Shown: positions 55,630 through 64,000 of the stretch, piece by piece
Numbering within the stretch: position 1 is the first letter of the stretch
Layout of the letters: the number at the start of each line of letters is the position of its first letter
Source of the DNA: Octopus sinensis
Lineage: Eukaryota
Reading direction: 5' to 3'
Length of the DNA stretch: 64,000 nt
NCBI RefSeq assembly: GCF_006345805.1
Contig: NC_043003.1
Location: 20,708,001 to 20,772,000 of the forward strand
Notes under the pieces: model-generated
Told to the model about the DNA's origin: nothing
What the model saw: the letters and a program-made list of their open reading frames with translations, nothing else
Database searches by the model: none
Position numbers and translations under genes: made by a program

Positions 55630-55763
55630 GCCTTTCAAACAGAACTCAGGCAGTGTTCTGGCATTGTATTTCTCGTTCACATCTTCTTCTGATACCTTGG
55701 TGATGGGCATAGACACAACAGGGTAATTCAACAGATTGTAGAGAAGAGGGTAAGAGGGAAATC
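55630..55763 (-). CDS. FAAH: FAAH-like amidase penultimate exon (R-FPSYPLLYNLLNYPVVSMPITKVSEEDVNEKYNARTLPEFCLKG)
   Basis: ttgacAG acceptor and GTAAGT donor; 134 nt, phase 1 to 0. SYxxLYNxLxxPxxxxP matches FAAH SYTMLYNCLDFPAGVVP. Confidence 0.9.
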
Positions 55764-56953
55764 CTGTCAAGAAAGTAACAGAGATAGATAAATTATAGTT
55801 GTTGCTGCTGCTGCTTTGTTTGTTTGTTTGTTTATTTGTTTGTTGAGTGTCTCAGGACTGTCTGCAGTCCGAAACGTGGTCCTTTGCTATTTGTAAGACC
55901 CGCAGAAGAGAAAGCAGGTCAACCCCCGACACCGAGAGCATCGACGGATGGATGAATGCGCATCCAGGCTCAGCGGTTGCGTAGGAAGTTGGGGACAAGA
56001 AACAGGAAGGAAGAGTGAAAGAAAGTTGGAGCGAAAGAGTACAACAGGGGTCGCCACCACTCCCTGCTGGAGCCTCATGGAGCTTTAGGTGTTTTCACTC
56101 AATAAACACACACAACGCCCGGTCTGGGAATCGAAACTGCGATCCTCCGACCACGAGTCCGCTGCCCTAACCACTGGGCCATTGCACCTCCTGCTGTTGC
56201 TGTGGTTGTTGTTTTATCCAGGGGTCAATCCTTATCAAGTAGCTCTATGACCAAAGACATATCTTTTGGTTTTAGCCTTTCTTTTGTTTGTTTTAGTTAT
56301 TAGACTGCAGCCATGCTGCAGCACCCCCTTGAAGAGTTTTTAGCTAAATGAACTGATTCCAGTACTTACGGTTTTTTTCCCCCCTTTTTGTCTTTTGTTT
56401 TTTAAAGCCTAGAACTTATTCTATCAGGTTCCTTTGCCAAACTGCTAAGTTACAGAGACATAAACACACCAACACCAGTTATTTGTCACCAACCCAGTGG
56501 TTGGGGACAAATACAGACACATGCACACACACACACACACAGACACACACACAAATATACATACAACAGGCTTCTTTCAATTTCTGTCTACCAGATCTAT
56601 TCACAAAGCTTTGGTTAGCCCAAGGCGATAGCAGAAGACATTTGCCCAAGGTACCACGCAGTGGGACTGAACCCTGAACCCTGAATCATGTGGTTTGGCA
56701 ACAAACTTTTTACCACACACTCATGCCTGGGCCATAATTATCACATTTTTCTTTTGTTTCCTCCACAATCATATGATTCCAGGTTCAGTCCCACTGTATG
56801 ACACCTTGGGTAAGTATCTTCTACTAAAGCTCCAGGTCAACCAAAGCCTTGTCAGTAGATTTGGTACATGGAAACTGAAAGAAGCCCATCATTTATCTGT
56901 ATGTGTATGTGTGTCAGTATAAGTACATATGTGTGTGTGTATGCATATGCATA

Positions 56954-56990
<37 letters not shown>

Positions 56991-57268
56991 CTCTGAATGT
57001 GTTTGCATTAATCCTCCATCACCACTTGACAAATAAGTGGTTTGGCAAAAGAGACTGATAGAATAAGGCACCATACTTTGAAAAATGAATATTGGAGACC
57101 GATTTGTACTACTAAAACCCTTCAAGGTGGTGCCCCAGCAAGGCCACAGTCCAATGATTGAAACAAGTAAAAGATAAAAGATTACATTCCTAGTTCAGAA
57201 GAATTCTTCTTTTTTTTTTTTTTTTTGAAATGTTCAATTCAGATTGATTTAAAGTAATAAGGACTTAC

Positions 57269-57377
57269 TTCCAAAGTTTGGACAGCTTAACAAAAATGAT
57301 GGTGAAGCCATGACAGGGCAGATGAGAGCATCCAGGTTATCCTTTTGCATAGCGTTAGCAAATTCCTCGTTATATTT
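57269..57377 (-). CDS. FAAH: FAAH-like amidase exon (KYNEEFANAMQKDNLDALICPVMASPSFLLSCPNFG)
   Basis: tttcAG acceptor and GTAAGT donor; 109 nt, phase 0 to 1. LDALICP resembles the amidase-family LDxLxxP motif (FAAH LDVLLTP). Confidence 0.85.
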
Positions 57378-58672
57378 CTGAAACGTAAGAGAAGAGCCAA
57401 CAATAGCTAGTGATTCTAACCTGCATGTTTTTGAGTTTAATTTGACTATATCTGGCCAAGATATTCTTCCTGCAAACCATACTATATAAAAGAAATTACA
57501 TAGAACTACTTTAAAAGTACATGTGGAGCTCTGGGGGTTGGCCATTAATACGTGGGCGATAACCACCCTCTCGCAACAAATGGCAGAAATTTGAATTTTA
57601 AATTAAGGACTTTAAGGAAGAAGATGCATAGAATTCATGTATTTTATTTTATTTTTTTTATCAGTTATGAAGTTCTTACAATTTCTAGTTGCTGATAGTC
57701 ATGTATAGTATTATTTCATTCTTTTCAGAATTCTTCAGTATGATTTGACCTGTAACTTATTAATTATATATATTATGAAGAGAGACATTTCATTAAAATT
57801 AAAGATGAAATTAATTACAGTTTGGAGGAAATTCATGGAACGTAGTTTTTTTTCTTGTCATTTTTTAACTTCATAGATTGTTGGTAGTTTAAGAATTGAG
57901 AGAAAGAGGATATTTGTAGTAAGCAAATCTCAACTGTCAAAGCATGAACTCTTTCAATGCTGCAACTAGTAGCAGCACTTATAAAAAATGAAATACAATT
58001 TCTACAATTCATATAGAAACAAGAGCACTCAGAGAGCACAAACCTCCACCAAGGCAACACCAATGTCCTCTCAACGATTAGCCGGAGATGATTTTAAAAT
58101 GAGAATATCTGAAATAAACTCAACTGCTCTCACAAACAAGAACACTAAAAATGGACCGAACTGCTCACAAAAATTAAGTAAAAAAAATGAAAAAATAATC
58201 CCGAATCCTTGTTCGGTACTGGATCAATCCCAAAATCTAATCAGAGTTTGTGCCAGTCATGAAGCCAAACATCCCTGAAAGTTTCATCAGAATCCATCCA
58301 CCAGTTCTTGAGACATCCTGTCTACGAACAAACAAACACAACTGAAAACAATACCTCCACCTTTGCTAAGTCAGAGGTAATAAAGGAATTTCAACTTACT
58401 GTATTTTAACGAGTAGGAACCCTTTTTTGTCAAAAAAATATGGGAGTTTCTTATACATGGATAGTATCATAATCCCTTACAAAGCCTTTTTTCCAAATTT
58501 TAAGCCCCAAAAATTAGGGGGTTTCTTATACACGTTACAATATGGTATCTATTTTTACAATAATATTTTTCTAGACAAAATGAGTCTTTCAACTATGACA
58601 TAGTTAGAAAAGTTAACTAGAACTATTTCAGCTATATATAAACCAAAAGAAGAATATGTTAAAGTGACTCAC

Positions 58673-58712
58673 TTCTTTCTCATTGACCAAGTTATATATA
58701 TCACGATAATTC
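58673..58712 (-). CDS. FAAH: FAAH-like amidase, internal micro-exon (NYRDIYNLVNEKE)
   Basis: tttaattccAG acceptor and GTGAGT donor; 40 nt, phase 2 to 0. Confidence 0.75.
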
Positions 58713-59130
58713 CTGGAATTAAAAACAGGGAGAAAATATTGAAATATTTTATTACTACCAAGCTTAAATTTGTCAAAGAAAACAATTCTATACAGTGAAT
58801 ACAGTAAGCTCTCTACATCCAACACCACCGGGACCAGAGTATTGCTGAATAACTGAATTTTCTGGATATCTGATCATCACTTTTTTATATTGCCATAGTA
58901 CCTTACAAAGTTCTATATACACATCATAATGTGTCTAATTAATAAGTCCCAGGTCAAATCATGATGAAATTTTTTGACAGGTGTAGCAGTGTGGTAAGAA
59001 GCTTGCTTCCCAACCACATGGTTCCAGGTTCAGTCTTATTGAGTGGTGCCATGGACAAGAATCTTTTACTATAGCCTCAGGCTGACCAAAGCCTTGTGAG
59101 TGGATTTAGTAGACAGAAACTGAAAGAAGC

Positions 59131-59161
<31 letters not shown>

Positions 59162-60554
59162 TTATGTGTGTGTGTGTGTGTGTGTGTGTCTGTGTTTGCC
59201 CCACCATCATTGTTTGACAACTGATGTTGGTGTATTTACATCCTCGCAACTTAACGGTTCAGCAAAAGAGACCAATAGAATAAGTACCAGGCTTACAAAG
59301 AATAAGTCCTGAGGCCCAATTCTGCAACTAAAACCACTTTAAGGTGGTGCTCCAGCATGGCCGTAGTCAAATGACTGAAACAAGCAACAGAATAACATCC
59401 TTGTTATTAGTAATATCCTAAACATAGCAGAGAAATAGTAAAGGAAAGGTTTTATTAATCCTTTAGCATTGAGATTTCTGTGTCAAATGTAATGCTTATT
59501 TATTCACATGACTGGCATCCAAGCTAGTGGAGTGCTAAGAGCACCATCCGAGCGTGATCATTGCCAGAGTGGATAACTGGCTTCCATGCAAGTGGCACAT
59601 AAAAAGCACCATTCTAACGTGATCGTTACCAGTGTCGCCTTACTGGCACTTGTGCCGGTAGCATGTAAAAAAACATTCAAGTAAGGTCATTGCCAGTGCC
59701 GCTGGACTGGCTCCTGTGCAGGTGGCACATAAAAAGCACCATTTGAGCGTGGCCGTTGCCAGTACCACCTGACTGGCCCTTGTGATGGTGGCACGTAAAA
59801 GCATGGAAAACGGACATTAAACGATGATGATGATGAAACAATCACATCATTGAAATCTTAAAACTACAAGGTAATGCTTGACAAATTCAAATTAATCATC
59901 ATCATCATGCTAGCATGGGTTGGACGATTTGACTGAGGACTGGCGAACCAGATGGCTGCACCAGGCTCCAATCTTGATCTGGCAGAGTTTCTACAGCTGG
60001 ATGCCCTTCTTAACACCAACCACTCCGAGAGTGTAGTGGGTGCTTTTACGTGCCTCCAGCATGAGGGCCAGTCAGGTGGTACTGGCAACGGCCATGAAAA
60101 AATCGTGTTTTTTATTTTCTTACGTGTCACCTGCACACCGGCACAAGTGCCAGTAAGGCGTTGTAAAATAATATTGTAAGGGATGTATGAGAAGCTGGAT
60201 CTGCCCAGTTTGAAGATAAAACCGGGAGATTATTTTGGCTGGATATGGCTAGTTAAAATATGAGAATGTTAGCCTAATAAAATACAGATGCAAATACAGT
60301 AAAATACAATACTGTAACAGTAGAAATTTTCTTTTTAAGAAAATTAATTAATTAAAACAAATTAGCACATTTTTTTTTTTTTTTTGTCTGAGTGCCTGTT
60401 ACTTGAGAGTTTCAATTATTTGAGTATCAGATAAGAGGGAGTGTACTGTATAAAAATGAGTGAAAAAAGGAAAATACAGACCATGAAATAGACAGATAGA
60501 AAATGAAAAAAAGCAAGCGGGGAGAGAAAAAGAACAAAACTAGTTCACACTCAC

Positions 60555-60598
60555 TGCAATCCATCCATTGTACGAATGAGCCGAGACGATGTTTTGTC
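60555..60598 (-). CDS. FAAH: FAAH-like amidase, internal micro-exon (DKTSSRLIRTMDGL-Q)
   Basis: ttttgtAG acceptor and GTGAGT donor; 44 nt, phase 0 to 2, exactly bridging the neighbouring exons. Confidence 0.7.
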
Positions 60599-61137
60599 CT
60601 ACAAAATAGTGGAAACAATTTGAAGAAATATAGAAAAAAATGAAAAGTAATAATTAGAAGAGAAATGAGTTTTTTAATGAACAATTTGTTTCAAATTCAT
60701 ATAATTTATATTCTTTTATTATTTTACTTGTTTCAGTCATTTGACTGCGGCCATGCTGGAGCACCATCTTAAAGGGTTTTTAGTCGAAGCAGTCAACCCC
60801 CAAGACTTATTCTTTGTAAGCCTAGTACTTATTCTATCGGTCTCTTTTGCCAATCCACTAAGTTACAGAGACATAAACACACCAGTTGTCAGGCAATGGT
60901 GGCGGGGGTCAAACCCACCAGCATGGAAAATGCATGTTAAAGGCTGGTGGTAATGGTGGGTGAGGATGGTGATGATGATAAGGATGATGATGATGCACAT
61001 AGTGTAGAATTAAATACACACTAGGGATCTTTATTTCCAAACTAAGTGTAACAATGTACTTATTCAGTAGAGCACTTACAATAAGAGAAGAAACCAATGG
61101 AAATATAGTGTAGATATAAACACTAAATGTTTCATTA

Positions 61138-61592
61138 TTTACATTATTTACATCGACAGATATTTGTCCTCATCTTGTTTGTTGTTAACACAACATTTCA
61201 GCTGATATACCCTCCAGCCTTCTTCAGGTGTTTTGGGGACATTTCAAACCTGGGTTCTCATCCCTAAGGTATTTTTCGATGTTATTATTATTATTATTAT
61301 TGTTGTTGCTATTGTTCAGGTCACTGCTTGGAATCAAACTTGGAATCTTGGGGTTAGTAGCCTGTGCTCTTAACCACCACGCCATATGTCCTACTAACCC
61401 CAAGATTCTGAGTTCGATTCCAGGCAGTGACCTGAATAATAATAATAACAACATCGAAAAATACCTTAGGAATGAGAAACCAGGTCCAAAATTTCCCCAA
61501 GACACCTGATGAAGGTGGAGGGTATATCAGCCGAAACGTGTTAAAAACAAACAAGATGAGGACAAATATCCATCGAATGTAAATAATGTAAA
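61138..61592. mobile_element. tRNA-headed SINE with hammerhead motif: full minus copy (61390 to 61138) plus a 5'-truncated inverted plus copy (61391-61592)
   Basis: A box TGGCGTGGTGG, B box GTTCGATTCC, (AAT)n spacer, hammerhead cores at 61221-61227(-) and 61506-61512(+). Confidence 0.8.
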
Positions 61593-62595
61593 TAATTTAC
61601 ATAATTCCTCATCTCTTAAATATAGAACTGTATTAGCTAAATGTTTCTTTATATTATCCTATGTAGCCATCTGGATTTTTTTATCTTAATAGAATTGTGT
61701 AATTTGATGAAGATTTATCATCTATTTCTAGCACATAAAGTGACAACTTAGGGGTTTCCTTTCAGCAAGCTATGGTTCAATTTAGTTAAAGCTTGAAATC
61801 TTCACCAATAGATCAGCAGCTTAATTGGTAAAATCACAGCATTTCTGCTTTGTGGACATAAATTCTACTAAGTATTTATATATGTGTGTGTTTGTGTGTC
61901 AGTGTTTGTCCCCCCCAACATTGCTTGATTACCGACGTGGGTGTGTTTACGTCCCCGTAACTTAGCGGTTCGGCAAAATAGACCGATAGAATAAGTATTA
62001 TGCTTACAAAGAATAAGTCTTGGGGTTGATTTGCTTGACTAGAGGTGGTGCTCCCGCATGGCCACAGTCAAATGACTGAAACAAGTAAAAGAGTAAAAAG
62101 AGAGAGTATATATATATATATATATATGGGTGCTGGCATGGCTGTGTGGTTTACTTTGTAACCATGTGGTTTGGGGTTCAGTCCCACAGCACAACACCTT
62201 GGGCTATATCTCTGGGCTGACCAATCCTTTGTGAGTAAATTTGGTAGATGGAAATTATGTGGAGGCTCATCATATATGCATGCGTGTGTGTGTGTGTGTG
62301 TGTATGTGTGTGTGTGTACGAGTGTGTGAGTGTCATTGCTTGTGTTTGTCCCTCCATTGCATAGCTTGAAAATTTGTGCTGGTTTGTTTACATCACTGTA
62401 ACTTGGTAGTTTGACAAAAAAAAAAGACTGATAGAATAAATACCAAACATAAAGAACAAGTACTGGGGTCAACGAGTTTGATTAAACCCTTGAAGGCAGT
62501 GCCCCAGCATGGCCACAGCCCAATGACTCAAGCAAAAAATAAAAGATAAAAAATATGGTAGAAAAATATTTAGTATAAATATATTTATTTCATTA

Positions 62596-62817
62596 TTGCC
62601 CACCGGGGGCTAAACATAGAGGGGACAAACAAGGACAGAAAAAAGAATTAAGTCGATTACATCGACCCCAGTGTGTAACTGATACTTGTTTAATTGACCC
62701 TGAAAGGATGAAAGGCAAAGTCGTCCTCAGCGGAATTTGAACTCAGAACGTAACAGCAGACGAAATACCATTAGTATTTCCCCCGGCGTGCTAACAATTC
62801 TACTAGCTCACCGCCTT
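62596..62817 (-). mobile_element. SINE family A monomer; other copies near 376-578, 4875-5045, 41812-42520, 43262-43440, 47600-47810, 52260-52440
   Basis: Same consensus as the units in 4091-4513. Confidence 0.8.
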
Positions 62818-62850
62818 TTATTAAGATATTAGTATTAAGATATTACTTAC

Positions 62851-62938
62851 AAAAGGGTAAGCAAACAATGAAAGAATTCTGTTAAAACCTTCACAGGTTC
62901 TTGCTAAGAACATCTCTTTACATGGTTTCTCATGTTTT
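62851..62938 (-). CDS. FAAH: FAAH-like amidase, internal exon (xKHEKPCKEMFLARTCEGFNRILSLFAYPF)
   Basis: ttttcttcAG acceptor and GTAAGT donor; 88 nt, phase 2 to 0; joins in frame to 60555-60598. Position matches the FAAH DFVDPC..KPL exon, with weak sequence similarity. Confidence 0.7.
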
Positions 62939-63108
62939 CTGAAGAAAAAAAAGCAAGAAAGAGAGAAATATATAACATTATATAGTACAGTTTTAAAATA
63001 CAACTTACAAACTGGTTAGTTTTTCACTTTACTTTTATCAAACAGAAACTGAAAGAATGTCTTAAACAAGGATGCAGGTAAGGCCACAGCACTGTGAAGC
63101 TAACTTAC

Positions 63109-63154
63109 CTACAGCAAATACCATTTACCAAAACATTAAGGTGACCAATGATTT
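63109..63154 (-). CDS. Possible further upstream exon of the FAAH-like gene (IIGHLNVLVNGICC-R)
   Basis: Perfect AG|GTAAGT donor in the phase (2) required by exon 62851-62938; acceptor uncertain; no recognisable motif. Confidence 0.35.
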
Positions 63155-64000
63155 CTGAGTGAAGCTTGGTAGTCAGAAAATGTGCAGAAGTCATGTGTGC
63201 ACGTATGTACACAGATACACACATGATCATCATCACCACCACCACCACCACCACCACCATCATCACCATCATCACCACCACCACCACCACCATCTTTTAA
63301 GGTTTCATACTAGCATGGGTTGGAAGTTTTGGCAGGATCCACTGGATTCAGAGACTGCACCGTGCTCTAGTATCTACTTCAACATAGCTTCTATGGCTGG
63401 ATGCTTTTCCTAATGCCATCCACCCTATAGAATGTTCCGAGTGCTTTTCACATGCCACCAACACTGGTGAGGTCGCCAAGCATTCTGCAAGACTGTGAAC
63501 CCAAAAGAAGCAAGCAACTTTACACTGGAAGATGAGGTATCAATGTATGAGAGAAGGGACCAGAACAATACAAATTTAGTTGCTGCTGATATAGAAATGC
63601 AGCAACTGAAAAAAATCACTGATGTCGCAGTTAGTCATCAGATTTAAATCTGTCTTAACAAGTGGATACAGCTACTGATGATGCTCAAAGGAGGAGAAAT
63701 ACGTATCTAGCAAAAGCACACCCAATTCTTGATGATTTTCATCTACTACTGATATATTTGTGTGTTTTCTTTAACAATATATGTTTATAAAAGATGCTTG
63801 CTTGGGATGAATACTGCAGTTTTCAGGTTTTGAACAGTATATCTGTTTTAAGTATTATATACAGATTGCTATTTTGCTGCTTCTGTCAGTAACGACCAAT
63901 ATATATATATATATATATAATATAATAATAAGAGTAAATAATTTTTATAAAGGCTTTTAAAAAAAACCCCAATTATTTACTGGTAGAATTCGGTATGTAA

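Noticed and set aside
61070-61125. Candidate amidase micro-exon ending at a GTAAGT donor (~61078)
   Set aside because: The phase does not fit and the sequence looks intronic; 60555-60598 fits exactly instead.
63425-63760. Short open frames near the window end as further amidase exons
   Set aside because: No frame resembles the expected upstream FAAH segment and the splice sites are unconvincing; the rest of the gene probably lies beyond the window.

Overview
Eukaryotic, AT-rich, microsatellite-saturated animal DNA. The SINE families and repeat style suggest an octopod cephalopod (inference, no database search). Positions ~1-45 kb are intergenic: tRNA-headed SINEs, mariner/maT transposon relics, RTE and RLE-type LINE ends, a Helitron, MITEs, and Penelope-type inverted repeats carrying hammerhead ribozyme motifs. 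Positions ~47-63 kb hold the 3' end of a minus-strand fatty-acid amide hydrolase (FAAH)-like amidase gene. Five internal exons splice in frame (62851-62938, 60555-60598, 58673-58712, 57269-57377, 55630-55763) and are followed by two duplicated, diverged terminal coding exons (51873-52001 and 47228-47350). Highlights: (1) the duplicated last exon, whose coding sequence is more diverged than its flanking intron; (2) a U6 snRNA-SINE chimeric retrocopy with a target-site duplication inside a mariner; (3) a tRNA-headed SINE carrying a hammerhead motif in Penelope-like inverted arrangement; (4) a 59-bp minisatellite seen at about 1, 7 and 28 copies. Almost all ORFs in the supplied track are microsatellite artefacts. 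All alignments and counts were done by eye, and TE boundaries are approximate.
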